Shown in pieces: positions 1 through 12,000 of a DNA stretch of 64,000 nt. The notes beneath the pieces are model-generated. The model was not told where the DNA came from and did not search any database. It saw nothing but the letters and a program-made list of their open reading frames with translations. Positions within the stretch are counted from its first letter, which is position 1; every line of letters begins with the position of its first letter. Position numbers and translations under genes: made by a program. The DNA is taken from contig CAXBHO010000002.1 of assembly GCA_963975485.1 (NCBI GenBank), positions 14,257 through 78,256 on the forward strand. Reading direction: 5' to 3'. Source of the DNA: an uncultured Balneola sp. (GTDB lineage Bacteria; Bacteroidota; Rhodothermia; Balneolales; Balneolaceae).

Positions 1-291
1 GGTCAGTGGATTGTTTTTGGGAATCGCTTTCTTGCCGGAACACGATCTGTAATTTCTCTTACTACCGGAATGTCAGGTTTAAAAGTACCGGAAACAGTAT
101 TGAATTCTTTTTTAAGCTCTCTTTTATGGAACACATTATTACTTGGAGCAGGTTGGTATGTGCAAGATAATTGGGAAGTAATAGGGCAATATTTATCCAA
201 TTACGGTAAAATAATTTTAGCAATCATTGTATTGTTATTTTTGATAAGAGTCGTAGTTTTGAAGGCTCAAAAAAACAAAGCAAAAGGCTAG
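1..291 (+). CDS. DedA/SNARE-associated family membrane protein, C-terminal part (5' end outside window)
   Basis: Frame 1 is open from base 1 (GQWIVFGNRFLAGTRSVISLTTG...), so the listed ORF 70..291 is only its tail. It has a DedA-like R-F-x-x-G-x-R-S-x-I-S motif followed by hydrophobic helices. Confidence 0.55.
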   Translation, partial: GQWIVFGNRFLAGTRSVISLTTGMSGLKVPETVLNSFLSSLLWNTLLLGAGWYVQDNWEVIGQYLSNYGKIILAIIVLLFLIRVVVLKAQKNKAKG

Positions 292-368
292 AAATAAGGT
301 TGTAATTTTTTAGTTAGAATTGTTGACTATAAGATGAACTATGAGTATTTTTCCAGTCTTTCGCAAAT

Positions 369-441
369 GCCAGTGTAGCTCAGTTGGTAGAGCAACGGTT
401 TTGTAAACCGTCGGTCGTCGGTTCGACTCCGGCCACTGGCT
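369..441 (+). tRNA. tRNA-Thr (anticodon UGU)
   Basis: Hand-folded cloverleaf: acceptor GCCAGTG/CACTGGC, D arm GCTC-AGTTGGTA-GAGC, anticodon loop TTTGTAA, T arm GTCGG-TTCGACT-CCGGC. Confidence 0.9.
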
Positions 442-469
442 CAGCTATATTGATTTATTGAAAGAATTT

Positions 470-552
470 GGGGAGATACCAAAGCGGCCAACTGGGGCAG
501 ACTGTAAATCTGTTGTCTTACGACTTCGTAGGTTCGAATCCTGCTCTCCCCA
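470..552 (+). tRNA. tRNA-Tyr (anticodon GUA), long variable arm
   Basis: Acceptor GGGGAGA/TCTCCCC, anticodon loop CTGTAAA, long variable arm, T arm GTAGG-TTCGAAT-CCTGC. Confidence 0.9.
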
Positions 553-559
553 CGCGAAA

Positions 560-632
560 GCGAGCGTAACTCAATTGGTAGAGTGTCACCCTTCCAAGGT
601 GAATGTTGCCGGTTCGATCCCGGTCGCTCGCT
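560..632 (+). tRNA. tRNA-Gly (anticodon UCC)
   Basis: Acceptor GCGAGCG/CGCTCGC, anticodon stem TCACC/GGTGA with loop CTTCCAA, T arm GCCGG-TTCGATC-CCGGT. Confidence 0.9.
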
Positions 633-645
633 CATTGGAATAGAA

Positions 646-717
<72 letters not shown>

Positions 718-764
718 CTGTCGATAATCGTTTAAAATTTAATTAACACAAACAAGACAAAGAC

Positions 765-1952
765 ATGGCAAAAGAGACCTTTCAACGCACCAAGCCACAT
801 GTAAATGTGGGAACGATTGGACACGTAGATCACGGTAAAACTACGCTAACGGCGGCGATTACGACCGTAATGGCGAAAACTTACGGTGGAGTAGCGCAGG
901 CATTTGATCAAATTGACAACGCTCCGGAAGAAAGAGAGCGTGGAATTACTATTGCAACGGCGCACGTAGAGTACGAAACAGCAGCGCGTCACTACGCCCA
1001 CGTAGATTGCCCGGGGCACGCCGATTACGTAAAGAACATGGTAACCGGTGCGGCGCAAATGGACGGAGCTATCGTAGTGGTAGCGGCAACCGATGGGCCA
1101 ATGCCTCAGACTCGTGAGCACATCCTTTTGGCACGCCAGGTAGGTGTACCTGAGATTGTGGTGTTCATGAACAAGGTTGATTTGGTGGATGACGAAGAAT
1201 TGCTAGAGTTGGTAGAGCTGGAAATAAGAGAGCTGCTATCTGCGTACGAATTTGATGGTGATAACATTCCTGTGATCCAGGGATCAGCACTGGGCGCTCT
1301 AAACGGGGAGCCACAGTGGGAAGAGAAAGTGATCGAGCTTATGGAAGCGGTAGACACAACCATCCCAACGCCGGAGCGTGATGTAGATAAACCCTTCCTA
1401 ATGCCGGTAGAGGATGTATTTAGTATCACAGGTCGTGGAACGGTAGCAACCGGTCGTATTGAGCGTGGGGTGTTAAAGCTAAACGATGAGGTTGAAATTG
1501 TAGGCATTGTAGAAGCTCCGATGAAGAGTGTGGTAACAGGAATCGAGATGTTCCGTCGCTTGCTAGACCAAGGTCAAGCAGGAGACAATGCGGGAATCTT
1601 ACTGCGAGGAATTGCAAAAGAAGACTTGCAGCGCGGCATGGTGCTGTGCAAGCCAGGTACAATTACTCCCCATAAGCAGTTTGAGTGTGAAGTGTATGTA
1701 CTAAGCAAAGACGAAGGTGGAAGACACACGCCGTTTTTCAAAGGATATCGGCCACAGTTTTACTTCCGTACAACGGATGTAACGGGTTCTTGCGAACTTC
1801 CAAGTGGAGTGGAGATGGTGATGCCGGGAGACAATGTAAAGCTCTCCGTAACGCTCATCCAGCCGGTAGCGATGGAAGAAGGCTTGCGATTTGCGATCCG
1901 CGAAGGTGGGCGTACTGTAGGTGCTGGTGTGGTAACTAAAATTTTAGACTAA
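765..1952 (+). CDS. tuf: Elongation factor Tu
   Basis: 395 aa with [17 protein letters not shown] and NKVD GTPase motifs. It sits in the canonical position after the tRNA-Thr/Tyr/Gly/Thr cluster. Confidence 0.98.
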   Translation: MAKETFQRTKPHVNVGTIGHVDHGKTTLTAAITTVMAKTYGGVAQAFDQIDNAPEERERGITIATAHVEYETAARHYAHVDCPGHADYVKNMVTGAAQMDGAIVVVAATDGPMPQTREHILLARQVGVPEIVVFMNKVDLVDDEELLELVELEIRELLSAYEFDGDNIPVIQGSALGALNGEPQWEEKVIELMEAVDTTIPTPERDVDKPFLMPVEDVFSITGRGTVATGRIERGVLKLNDEVEIVGIVEAPMKSVVTGIEMFRRLLDQGQAGDNAGILLRGIAKEDLQRGMVLCKPGTITPHKQFECEVYVLSKDEGGRHTPFFKGYRPQFYFRTTDVTGSCELPSGVEMVMPGDNVKLSVTLIQPVAMEEGLRFAIREGGRTVGAGVVTKILD

Positions 1953-1980
1953 GCACTACCAGCTAAGCGAATTTGCGGTT

Positions 1981-2008
1981 AAAGTAGATGGTTTACGCCA
2001 TCTACTTT
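1981..2008 (+). terminator. Stem-loop between tuf and tRNA-Trp (processing or termination hairpin, no U-tract)
   Basis: AAAGTAGATGG-tttacg-CCATCTACTTT, a perfect 11-bp stem. Confidence 0.3.
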
Positions 2009-2018
2009 CCGTGTATAA

Positions 2019-2091
2019 ACGGGCGTAGCTCAGTTGGTAGAGCACTGGTCTCCAAAACCAGGTGTCGGGAGTTCGAGTCTCTCCGCCCGTG
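2019..2091 (+). tRNA. tRNA-Trp (anticodon CCA)
   Basis: Acceptor ACGGGCG/CGCCCGT, anticodon loop CTCCAAA, T arm GGGAG-TTCGAGT-CTCTC. Conserved position upstream of secE. Confidence 0.9.
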
Positions 2092-2116
2092 CAAATAAAT
2101 TAAACGAATAAGCATA

Positions 2117-2299
2117 ATGGCTAAATTATTAGAAGTTTTTGACGGTGTAGTAAATGAGTTCAAAAAAGTAGCATGGCCTACTCAGAAAGAACTAATTGAC
2201 AGCACTGTGATTGTTGTAGTTTTCTCGATAATTCTATCTGTTTTTGTATTTGGTGTTGATCAAGTATACAGTACTGCTTTAGAATACATTTACAATTAA
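2117..2299 (+). CDS. secE: Preprotein translocase subunit SecE
   Basis: 60 aa with one C-terminal TM helix and the motif EFKKVAWPT. Conserved secE-nusG synteny. Confidence 0.85.
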   Translation: MAKLLEVFDGVVNEFKKVAWPTQKELIDSTVIVVVFSIILSVFVFGVDQVYSTALEYIYN

Positions 2300-2303
2300 G
2301 AAT

Positions 2304-2861
2304 ATGAGTGTTGAACTAGTACATGATTGGTACGTAGTGCGTTGTTTTTCCAGTCATGAAAACAAAGTAAAAGAATTTCTTGACCGTGAGATTGAAGAAC
2401 AAGATTTAGGTGACAAGGTGAAAGAAGTTCTTGTTCCTACAGAAACTATTGTTGAGATCCGCGGAGGGAAAAAGAAAACCAGAGAAAAGAATTTTTTCCC
2501 CGGCTACATCTTGCTCAACACTCACTATGATGAAGAAGTAAATAATTTAGTGCAAAGTGCACCTTCCTGCTTAGGATTTTTAAAAGTAGGAAAGACACAA
2601 ACTATTCCTCACCCATTGAAGAAACACGAAGTGGACAGAATTATTGGACGTGTTAGAGAAGGTGGAGAAGAGAATGCAAATATTGAGATTCCGTTTAGTG
2701 AAGGCGATCTCGTAAAAGTTATATCGGGGCCATTCAAAGATTTTGATGGAACCGTACAGGAAGTTAACACCGATAAATTAAAATTGAGAGTGATGGTTTC
2801 CATTTTTGGACGCCGAACCCCTGTAGAAGTAGATGTGAACCAAGTGGAATCCACTACTTAA
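2304..2861 (+). CDS. nusG: Transcription termination/antitermination factor NusG
   Basis: 185 aa. NGN domain (WYVVRCFSSHENKV) and C-terminal KOW (GDLVKVISGPFKDFDGTVQEV). Confidence 0.95.
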   Translation: MSVELVHDWYVVRCFSSHENKVKEFLDREIEEQDLGDKVKEVLVPTETIVEIRGGKKKTREKNFFPGYILLNTHYDEEVNNLVQSAPSCLGFLKVGKTQTIPHPLKKHEVDRIIGRVREGGEENANIEIPFSEGDLVKVISGPFKDFDGTVQEVNTDKLKLRVMVSIFGRRTPVEVDVNQVESTT

Positions 2862-2935
2862 AAAAAGAAACTAGTTGATGCTAGCTATTACGCAACCAAA
2901 CAGAAGTTATTAATCATTTAGGATCCTGATAATCC

Positions 2936-3367
2936 ATGGCTAAAAAAGTTGAAAGAATCCTGAAACTCCAAATTGTTGGTGGACAGGCAAACCCTGCTCC
3001 CCCGGTTGGACCGGCACTCGGTCAGGCTGGAATTAACATTATGGAGTTTTGCAAAGCCTTTAACGCTAAGACTCAGGAAAAAGCCGGAACTGTAATTCCA
3101 GTTGAGATTACTGTGTACGCTGACAAGTCTTTTACATTCAAAACAAAGACACCACCAGCGCCAGTATTACTCAAGAAAGCTGCGAAGATAAAGGCCGGCT
3201 CAGGCGAACCCAATCTAAAGAAGGTTGGAACGGTTACCTGGAGCCAATGCAAAGAAATAGCAACAGAAAAAATGGAAGACTTAAATGCGTTTGACGTTGA
3301 AGCTGGTGCTGAAATGATTGCTGGAACGGCTCGGAGTATGGGTCTAAGAGTAAATCGCGATAAATAA
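2936..3367 (+). CDS. rplK: 50S ribosomal protein L11
   Basis: 143 aa with [22 protein letters not shown]. Confidence 0.97.
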   Translation: MAKKVERILKLQIVGGQANPAPPVGPALGQAGINIMEFCKAFNAKTQEKAGTVIPVEITVYADKSFTFKTKTPPAPVLLKKAAKIKAGSGEPNLKKVGTVTWSQCKEIATEKMEDLNAFDVEAGAEMIAGTARSMGLRVNRDK

Positions 3368-3379
3368 GGAATTGTGATT

Positions 3380-4078
3380 ATGGCAAAAAAAGGAAAGAAA
3401 TACGAACAAGCCGCGGCATTAGTTAATCCGGAGATTGAATATTCTCTGGAAGAAGCATGTGATCTGGTTAAAAAAACTTCAACCCGAAATTTTGACGCTT
3501 CAGTGGATATTGATATTCGCTTAGGTGTTGATCCACGACACGCCGATCAAATGGTACGTGGAACTGTGAGCTTGCCTCATGGTACAGGTAAAGAAGTTCG
3601 AGTTTTAGCTTTGGTAAACGAAGCAAAACAAGATGAAGCCAGAGAAGCAGGTGCCGACCATGTTGGTATGGACGAATACATCAAAAAAATTGAAGAAGGT
3701 TGGGCGGATATCGATGTGATAATCGCTACACCAGATGCAATGGGAAAACTCGGTAAACTAGGACGTTTCCTAGGGCCCCGTGGGCTTATGCCAAACCCCA
3801 AAAGTGGAACGGTTACAATGGATGTGGCTGATGCTGTTAAACAAGTTAAAGCAGGTCAGATTGATTTTCGAGTTGATAAATTCGGAATTCTACATACATC
3901 AGTAGCTAAAATAAGTTTTGACGCAACCGCAATTAAAGAAAATGCTGAAGCATTTCTTTCAACTGTGATGCGTTTGAGACCAGCTTCCACTAAAGGACTA
4001 TACGTGAAATCAATTTTCATGAGTAGTACGATGGGACCAAGCATACCTATAAGTAGAACCGCAGTTACATCCCTATAA
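3380..4078 (+). CDS. rplA: 50S ribosomal protein L1
   Basis: MAKKGKKY... is typical of L1. ATG at 3380 is preferred over the GTG at 3374 used by the ORF track. Confidence 0.93.
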   Translation: MAKKGKKYEQAAALVNPEIEYSLEEACDLVKKTSTRNFDASVDIDIRLGVDPRHADQMVRGTVSLPHGTGKEVRVLALVNEAKQDEAREAGADHVGMDEYIKKIEEGWADIDVIIATPDAMGKLGKLGRFLGPRGLMPNPKSGTVTMDVADAVKQVKAGQIDFRVDKFGILHTSVAKISFDATAIKENAEAFLSTVMRLRPASTKGLYVKSIFMSSTMGPSIPISRTAVTSL

Positions 4079-4096
4079 AATAGGAGGAATTAAATT

Positions 4097-4618
4097 ATGC
4101 CTACTGCAGAAAAAAAAGCAGTCTTAGACGAAATCACAGAAAAGCTGAATAGTGCTAATGGTATTTATATCACAAAGTACACCGGTATGTCTGTGGCTGA
4201 CGCTAACGAATTGCGCGGAGCATTCCGCAAAGGAGACATCTTCTTCAAAGTTTACAAGAATAAGCTGATGAAGCTTGCAATGGAAGAAGTTGGAGGTTAC
4301 GATAAAGTACTCCCTTCTTTAATTGAGCAAAATGCATTTGCATTCGTTGAAGATGAATTGTCTGCACCAGCTAAAGTATTAAAAGAGTTTACTAAGGATA
4401 AGAAGAGTCCAGAATTCAAAGCCGCTTTTATAGATGGCGAATTCTACTCTGCTGATCAATTGGAAGCTCTCGCCGCAATGAAGTCTAAAAACGAAGTTAT
4501 TGGCGATATACTTGGTCTGTTGATGTCACCTGTACAAAGTGTAGTAAGTGCGCTTACTGCCCAAGGGTCAAACCTTGTTGGTGCTGTTAAAACTATTGCC
4601 GAAAAAGGCGACGAATAA
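4097..4618 (+). CDS. rplJ: 50S ribosomal protein L10
   Basis: 173 aa, SD AGGAGG 8 nt upstream, position between rplA and rplL. Confidence 0.93.
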   Translation: MPTAEKKAVLDEITEKLNSANGIYITKYTGMSVADANELRGAFRKGDIFFKVYKNKLMKLAMEEVGGYDKVLPSLIEQNAFAFVEDELSAPAKVLKEFTKDKKSPEFKAAFIDGEFYSADQLEALAAMKSKNEVIGDILGLLMSPVQSVVSALTAQGSNLVGAVKTIAEKGDE

Positions 4619-4680
4619 TATTTATTAAACATGTCGAAAGACATTAAAAATTTTACTTAAAAAAATAACTGGAGATAAAA

Positions 4681-5058
4681 ATGGCTGACGTTAATAAACT
4701 GGCTGAAGAGCTTGTCAACCTAACTATCAAAGAAGCAAACGAACTAGCAAAAGTTCTTGAACAAGAATACGATATCAAACCTGCAGCAGCAGCTGTTGCA
4801 GTTGCTGGACCAGCCGGAGGCGGAGACGCTGCTGCTGCTGAAGAGCAAACAGAATTTGATGTTGTTCTTGAAGCTGCTGGTGGAAAGAAAATCGCTGTGA
4901 TCAAAGAAGTTCGCGGTATCACTGGTCTTGGGCTTAAAGAAGCTAAAGGATTAGTTGATGACGCACCTAACACTATTAAAGAAGGTGTTTCTAAGGCAGA
5001 AGCTGAAGAGATCAAAGCTAAGCTTGAAGAAGCTGGAGCTACAGTAGAGCTTAAATAA
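4681..5058 (+). CDS. rplL: 50S ribosomal protein L7/L12
   Basis: 125 aa with an Ala-rich hinge and the C-terminal domain [24 protein letters not shown]. Confidence 0.97.
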   Translation: MADVNKLAEELVNLTIKEANELAKVLEQEYDIKPAAAAVAVAGPAGGGDAAAAEEQTEFDVVLEAAGGKKIAVIKEVRGITGLGLKEAKGLVDDAPNTIKEGVSKAEAEEIKAKLEEAGATVELK

Positions 5059-5127
5059 GCTTTTTTACAATATTCGCACTTAGCCGATATCGTGAAAACG
5101 GTATTGGCTATTGGCGTCTATATTACT

Positions 5128-5153
5128 TAACCCTGTTATTTATAGGGTTTTTA
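5128..5153 (+). promoter_or_regulatory. Candidate rplL-rpoB intergenic attenuator hairpin
   Basis: AACCCT-gttatttat-AGGGTT followed by TTT. It lies where a partial terminator is classically found between rplL and rpoB. The stem is short (6 bp). Confidence 0.3.
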
Positions 5154-5191
5154 CCGTTTAATTTACCTTCAACAAAAAGGAGAGGTTCCTT

Positions 5192-8100
5192 TTGAACAAG
5201 AAGATGCAAACTATTCCACATACGGATCGCCAATCTTTTGGGCGAACTAAAGAAGTTTTAGAGTATCCCGATTTTCTGGATATCCAATTAGAATCATTCG
5301 AAAAATTTGTTCAACTTGATATTGCACCGAACGAGCGTGTAAATCAAGGATTGCAGCGAATATTTCTGGAGAACTTTCCAATTCAGGATACCCGCGAAAC
5401 GCACATACTTGAATTTTTATATTATAACGTTGACGTTCCAAGATATACCATCAAAGAATGTCAGGATCGTGGACTAACCTATTCAGTTCCATTGAAAGCA
5501 AAACTTCGACTTTCATCAGTTGATGATGGTGATGAAGCTAGTGAAACAATTGAGCAGGAAGTGTTTTTAGGCGATCTGCCATGGATGACAAATCGTGGAA
5601 CGTTCATTATTAATGGCGCTGAGCGTGTGATTGTATCCCAGTTACACCGTTCGCCGGGTGTGTTTTTTGGACAATCTGTTCACCCGAATGGTACCCAGTT
5701 ATATTCAGCTCGAGTGATTCCTTTTAAAGGATCATGGATTGAATTTACTACGGACATTCGTGACGTGCTTTGGGCTTACATCGATCGTAAGAAAAAGATT
5801 CCTGCAACTACGTTACTACGCGCACTTGGATTTTCTACCGATATGGATCTTTTGAGCTTGTTTGAGCTTTCAGAAGACTTGAAAGTTGGAACAAAAGCTA
5901 ATTTCAAAAAGAATCTTGTTGGAAAACGACTTGCTCAAAACGTTATCGTTGAAGAGATGGAAGAAGTTGTTGATGATGAGACGGGTGAAGTTACAGAAGC
6001 ATTGAATCGTAAAATCATTTTTGAACGTGATCATGAACTCACTGAAGACGACTTCGGTATGTTTGGAGAAATCGATCAGAAAACGGTTTTGGTTCAAAAA
6101 ATCACTTCTGAAGAATCTGGGCGTTCAGTGATGATGAACACGTTACGTAAAGATCCAACCTGGGACGAAACTTCTGCACTTGGAGAAGTTTATCAGCAAA
6201 TCAGATCGGGTGAAATGCCGGATCCTGAAACAGCTCGTTCTATCCTAGAAAGATTATTCTTTAGTGATAAGAAATATGATCTTGGAGAAGTAGGGCGATA
6301 CAGATTGAACAAACGGCTTCGCTTAGAAGGTAATGAAGATATTCAGTATCTATTGAAAGAAGATATTGTAGCGATTATCACAGAAGTTATTCGTCTTAAA
6401 AATATGAAATCTCAGGTGGATGATATTGACCACTTGAGTAATAGACGTGTACGTACTGTTGGTGAACAACTTGGGCAGCAGTTTGCAGTTGGTCTTGCTA
6501 GAATGGCAAGAACAATTAAAGAGAGAATGAACTCTCGTGATGCTGAGCAGTTGACCCCACAAGATCTTGTGAATGCTCGCACTATTTCTAGTGTAATCAA
6601 CACATTCTTTGGTACCAACCAGCTTTCACAGTTCATGGATCAAACTAATCCGCTTGCAGAATTGACGCACAAGCGTCGTATGTCTGCGCTTGGCCCTGGT
6701 GGTCTAACTCGTGAACGTGCCGGTTTTGAGGTTCGTGATGTTCACTACACGCACTATGGACGACTTTGCCCAATTGAAACTCCTGAAGGTCCAAACATTG
6801 GATTGATTTCATCACTATGTATTCATGCAAAAGTGAATGATTTTGGATTCATTGAAACACCTTATAGAAAGGTGAAGGATAAGAAAGTTTCTAAGAGTGT
6901 AGAATATTTAGCAGCTGAGCAGGAAGATGAAACAGTAATTGCACAGGCTAATGCTGAATTAGATGAAAACAATACTTTTGCAAACGATGCAGTTTTCTCT
7001 AGAATGCGTGAAGGTAACTACTTAGTTGCTAAGGCAGAAGAGATCGAATACATGGATGTGGCTACAAACCAAATCACATCACTTGCTGCTGCATTAATTC
7101 CATTTATCGAGCATGATGATGCAAACCGTGCCTTGATGGGCTCGAACATGCAACGCCAAGCTGTACCATTATTAAGACCAGAAGCCCCTGTTGTAGGCAC
7201 CGGATTAGAGCACAGAGCGGCTCGTGATTCACGTGCTATTGTTACAGCTGATGCTAAAGGTGAAGTGGTATATGTAAGTTCTACTGAAGTTCGTATCAAA
7301 TACGAAAGAGATGAATTAGATCAACATTGCTATTTCGATGGTGGAATTAAATCCTATGATTTAGAGAAGTTTACCCGAACAAATCAGGATACTTGTACTA
7401 ACCAACGTTCTATTGTTAAAGTAGGCGACAGGGTTAAAAAAGGACAAGCTATTGTAGATGGTTGCTCAACGGACGGTGGAGAGCTGGCTCTTGGGCGTAA
7501 TTTACTCGTGGCTTTCATGCCATGGAGAGGTTACAACTTTGAGGATGCGATTGTAGTTAGTGAGCGTATTGTTCAAGATGACATTTATACTTCTATTCAC
7601 ATTACGGAGTTCGAACAACAAGTTCGTGACACTAAACGTGGTGAAGAAGAGCTTACGCGTGAAATTCCAAACGTAAGTGAAGAAGCTACTCGTAACTTAA
7701 ACGAGAAAGGCATTATCAGAGTTGGAGCGAAAATCAATCCGGGTGATATCTTGGTTGGTAAAATCACTCCAAAAGGTGAAACAGACCCAACTCCGGAAGA
7801 AAAACTTCTCCGTGCAATTTTCGGTGATAAAGCAGGTGATGTAAAAGATGCTTCTCTGAAAACTCCCCCGGGCGTTTCTGGAACAATCATCAATACCAAG
7901 CTTTTCAGCCGTAAGCGTGATGAGTTAATCTCAAGAAAAGAAGAGAAAAAAAGAGTAGAGCAAGAAAAAGAAAGACATGCTGAAAAACTTGCAGAATTGA
8001 ATCAGCACTGGGCTGACAAAATGTACTCTCTTCTAAGAGATAAAACGTCTCCCGGAGTACTCAACTACAGTAATTATGAGTTGATTCCTAAGGGTGAGAA

Positions 8101-9019
8101 GTACAAAAAATCAGTATTTGAAGAATTAGATCCGGTAAATATTAATGAAAATATTGACTGGGCTACAGACAAGGAATTGGTAGAAAAAGTAAAACTACTA
8201 TTTGCAAACTATCGTGATCTTCGACGTAAAATCGACAGTGAGGCAAAACGTCGTACGTTTGCAATTCAAGTAGGTGATGAACTACCTCCCGGGATCATCC
8301 AAAAAGCTAAAATCTATGTTGCTAAAAAGCGTAAGCTTCAGGTAGGTGATAAGATGGCGGGTCGTCACGGTAACAAAGGTGTTGTTGCTAAGATCGTACC
8401 GCAGGAAGACATGCCGTTTATGGCTGATGGTACTCCTGTTGATATCTGCTTGAACCCACTTGGTGTACCTTCGCGTATGAACCTTGGCCAGATCTACGAA
8501 ACGATCCTTGGTTGGGCAGCAAAGGAACTTGGCGTAACATTTGCATCTCCGATTTTTGACGGAGCCAGCATGGATGACGTAAAAGGAAAATTACGAGAAG
8601 CAGGATTACCGGAAGATGCTCGTGTAAATCTATACGACGGTCGTACCGGTGAACCATTCTCACAAAAAACTACAGTGGGATACATCTACATGATTAAACT
8701 GAATCACTTGGTTCAAGATAAGATGCATTCACGTTCAATCGGGCCATATTCATTAATTACGCAACAGCCATTGGGTGGTAAAGCTCAATTTGGTGGTCAG
8801 CGACTTGGTGAGATGGAAGTTTGGGCACTGTACGCATATGGTGCTTCAAGCATCTTGAAAGAAATGCTCACTGTAAAAAGTGATGATGTTAAAGGGCGAT
8901 CAAAAGTTTATGAAGCCATTGTTAAAGGTGAAAACCTTCCTGATGGAGATGTGCCCGAATCATTCAAAGTACTACTTCGAGAGCTTATGGGTCTCGGACT
9001 TGAAATACATATACAATAA
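5192..9019 (+). CDS. rpoB: DNA-directed RNA polymerase subunit beta
   Basis: 1275 aa with unmistakable RpoB blocks (NRGTFIINGAERVIVSQLHRSPG, MGSNMQRQAVP, GDKMAGRHGNKGV). TTG start with a GGAGAG SD. ATG at 5204 is an alternative. Confidence 0.98.
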   Translation: MNKKMQTIPHTDRQSFGRTKEVLEYPDFLDIQLESFEKFVQLDIAPNERVNQGLQRIFLENFPIQDTRETHILEFLYYNVDVPRYTIKECQDRGLTYSVPLKAKLRLSSVDDGDEASETIEQEVFLGDLPWMTNRGTFIINGAERVIVSQLHRSPGVFFGQSVHPNGTQLYSARVIPFKGSWIEFTTDIRDVLWAYIDRKKKIPATTLLRALGFSTDMDLLSLFELSEDLKVGTKANFKKNLVGKRLAQNVIVEEMEEVVDDETGEVTEALNRKIIFERDHELTEDDFGMFGEIDQKTVLVQKITSEESGRSVMMNTLRKDPTWDETSALGEVYQQIRSGEMPDPETARSILERLFFSDKKYDLGEVGRYRLNKRLRLEGNEDIQYLLKEDIVAIITEVIRLKNMKSQVDDIDHLSNRRVRTVGEQLGQQFAVGLARMARTIKERMNSRDAEQLTPQDLVNARTISSVINTFFGTNQLSQFMDQTNPLAELTHKRRMSALGPGGLTRERAGFEVRDVHYTHYGRLCPIETPEGPNIGLISSLCIHAKVNDFGFIETPYRKVKDKKVSKSVEYLAAEQEDETVIAQANAELDENNTFANDAVFSRMREGNYLVAKAEEIEYMDVATNQITSLAAALIPFIEHDDANRALMGSNMQRQAVPLLRPEAPVVGTGLEHRAARDSRAIVTADAKGEVVYVSSTEVRIKYERDELDQHCYFDGGIKSYDLEKFTRTNQDTCTNQRSIVKVGDRVKKGQAIVDGCSTDGGELALGRNLLVAFMPWRGYNFEDAIVVSERIVQDDIYTSIHITEFEQQVRDTKRGEEELTREIPNVSEEATRNLNEKGIIRVGAKINPGDILVGKITPKGETDPTPEEKLLRAIFGDKAGDVKDASLKTPPGVSGTIINTKLFSRKRDELISRKEEKKRVEQEKERHAEKLAELNQHWADKMYSLLRDKTSPGVLNYSNYELIPKGEKYKKSVFEELDPVNINENIDWATDKELVEKVKLLFANYRDLRRKIDSEAKRRTFAIQVGDELPPGIIQKAKIYVAKKRKLQVGDKMAGRHGNKGVVAKIVPQEDMPFMADGTPVDICLNPLGVPSRMNLGQIYETILGWAAKELGVTFASPIFDGASMDDVKGKLREAGLPEDARVNLYDGRTGEPFSQKTTVGYIYMIKLNHLVQDKMHSRSIGPYSLITQQPLGGKAQFGGQRLGEMEVWALYAYGASSILKEMLTVKSDDVKGRSKVYEAIVKGENLPDGDVPESFKVLLRELMGLGLEIHIQ

Positions 9020-9050
9020 TCACTGTTAATTATTTAATGGAGGAATACCC

Positions 9051-12000
9051 TTGCCAATAACAAAAACATTAACAGTTACCAACGACTTTAACAGCATCGG
9101 AATATCACTTGCTTCGGCTGAGACAATATTGTCACGTTCACACGGTGAAGTCTTAACACCAGAAACGATAAACTACAGAACCTTTAAGCCGGAAATGGAC
9201 GGTCTTTTTTGTGAAAAGATCTTCGGACCGGTTAAAGATTATGAGTGCCATTGTGGTAAATACAAGCGTATTCGCTACAAAGGTATTATCTGTGATCGTT
9301 GCGGTGTTGAAGTAACAAGAAAAGCTGTTCGCCGTGAGCGAATGGGTCATATTACCCTAACCGTTCCTGTTGTACACATTTGGTACTTCAAGTCTTTGCC
9401 AAACAAGATCGCATACCTGTTGGGTATGTCGTCTAAGAACTTAGATCGAATCGTATATTATGAAACTTTCGTGATTATTAATCCTGGTGTTGCTCGTGAT
9501 TTGGGTTACGCTAAAGGTGATATGATCTCTGAAGAAGAGAAATACGATATCTTAGATCAACTTCCGGAAGATAACTACGAACTTGATCACGAAGACGAAG
9601 ATAAGTTCATAGTAAAGGAAGGTGCTGATGCGCTAGCTTCAATGCTTGCCGATCTTGACCTTGATGAATTAGCTTATCAATTACGTTACGAAGTGAAGCA
9701 TGAAACTTCACAAATGCGTAAGAAGAAGAAGCTTAAACGTCTTCAAGTTATAGAATCTTTCCGTGCTGCCTCTGTGCACACAGAAAACAAACCAGAATGG
9801 ATGTGCCAGAGCGTAATTCCGGTGATTCCACCAGAATTAAGACCTCTTGTACCTCTTGAAGGTGGTAGATTCGCAACTTCTGATCTTAATGACTTATATA
9901 GAAGAGTGATCATCAGAAACAACCGTTTGAAGAGATTGCTGGACATTAAAGCTCCTGACGTGATTCTTCGAAACGAGAAGCGTATGCTTCAGGAAGCAGT
10001 TGACTCTCTGTACGACAACTCAAGAAAATCTAACGCTGTAAGAAACAACAATCGTCCGCTAAAATCTCTTAGCGACATGTTGAAAGGTAAAAGCGGTCGT
10101 TTCCGGCAAAACCTTCTTGGTAAGCGTGTTGATTATTCAGGCCGTTCTGTAATTGTAGTAGGCCCGGAACTCAAAATGCATGAGTGTGGTCTTCCAAAAG
10201 AAATGGCCGTAGAACTTTACAAACCTTTCATTATTCGTCGACTGATTGAACGCGGTTACGTTAAAACCGTGAAAAGTGCGAAGAAAGTAGTTGATCGCAG
10301 AGATCAGGTTGTTTGGGAAGTTCTTGAAAATGTAATTGATGGACATCCGGTAATGCTAAACCGTGCTCCAACTCTTCACCGTTTAGGTATTCAAGCGTTC
10401 CAGCCGGTGCTTATCGAAGAGAAAGCGATTCGCCTTCACCCATTAGCGTGTACGGCATTCAACGCCGATTTCGATGGTGACCAAATGGCGGTTCATTTAC
10501 CACTTAGCCATGATGCAGTGCTAGAAGCTTCTGTATTGATGTTAGGTTCTCATAATATTATGAGCCCTGCAAGTGGTGGACCAATTGCGGTTCCTTCTCA
10601 GGATATGATCTTGGGTCTTTATTACTTAACTAAACCAGCTAATGGTAAGAAAGGCGAAGGCAAGGCTTTTGCAGATATGAATGAAGTGCTTGTTGCTTTT
10701 GATCAGGGAAAGATCGATCTGCATGCAAAAATTAACGTACGTGTTCAGGTTACAAACGAAGAAGGCGAAACGGTAAATGAAGAAGTTAAAACTTCGACAG
10801 GTCGCGTGATCTTTAATCAAATTGTACCGGAACAGATTGGATTCATGAATAAGACTCTTGGTAAAAAAGAGCTTCGTGTATTGATCGGTGATATCCATTC
10901 TATCGTTGGAACTACGCGTTGTGCTACTTTCCTGGACGATATGAAAAAGCTTGGTTATGAAAATGCTACTCTTGGTGGTCTTTCATTTAGTCTTGATGAT
11001 ATCATCATCCCAGATGCAAAAGCAAAATTAATTGATGGAGCCAAAGACGAAGTAAGGGACATTCAAGGTCGTTACGAGATGGGGTTCATTACAGATAATG
11101 AGCGCTACAATCAAGTAATTGATAAGTGGACAAGTACCACTAACCGTGTTTCTGAAACATTATTCAAGGCTCTACAAGAAGATCGTGATGGTTTCAACCC
11201 GGTTTATATGATGGCTGATTCCGGAGCCCGTGGTTCCAAAGAGCAGATTCGTCAGTTAGGTGGTATGCGTGGTTTGATGGCTAAGCCTCAAAAGAGTTCA
11301 ATGCAACAAGGTAATGAAGTAATTGAGAATCCGATTCTTTCTTCTTTCAAAGAGGGATTATCTGTACTTGAGTACTTTATCTCTACTCACGGTGCTCGTA
11401 AAGGTCTTGCTGATACTGCACTTAAAACTGCTGATGCGGGTTACTTAACTCGTCGTTTAGTAGATGTTTCTCAAGATGTAATCATTACAGAAGATGACTG
11501 TGGCACACTTCGTGGTATCAAAATGTCAGCTCTTAAGGATAATGAAGATATTATTGAAAAATTGGAAGACCGTATCATTGGTCGGTTCTCTCTTCATGAT
11601 ATTCATGATCCAATCACTGATGATCTTATCTGCGAAGCAAACCAGATGATCGACGAAACGGTAGCAAAGAAAATTGCCGAAACTTCAATCGAAGAAGTAG
11701 ATATCCGCTCAGTACTAACTTGCGAAACCGGCCGCGGTGTTTGTGCAAAATGCTATGGTCGTGATCTTGCTCGCGGAACAGTTGTTGAAAAAGGTGAGGC
11801 CGTTGGCGTTATCGCCGCTCAATCAATTGGCGAGCCAGGTACACAGCTTACCCTTCGTACATTCCACGTTGGTGGTACGGCTTCTCGTTTAGAGGCAGAC
11901 TCACAGCATAAATCTAAATTCGATGGTAAAGTTGAGTTTGAGAATGTTCGTGTTGTAGCCTACGAAGATGGCGAAGAAGAGCGCAACATTGTGTTGAGCC

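Noticed and set aside
846-1662. Three minus-strand ORFs (91, 133, 78 aa) inside tuf
   Set aside because: They are antisense to a highly conserved gene with low-complexity translations, which is typical of shadow ORFs.
4653-5015. 120-aa minus-strand ORF opposite rplL
   Set aside because: The Ala/Ser-rich translation mirrors the Ala-rich L7/L12 hinge, so it is an antisense artefact.
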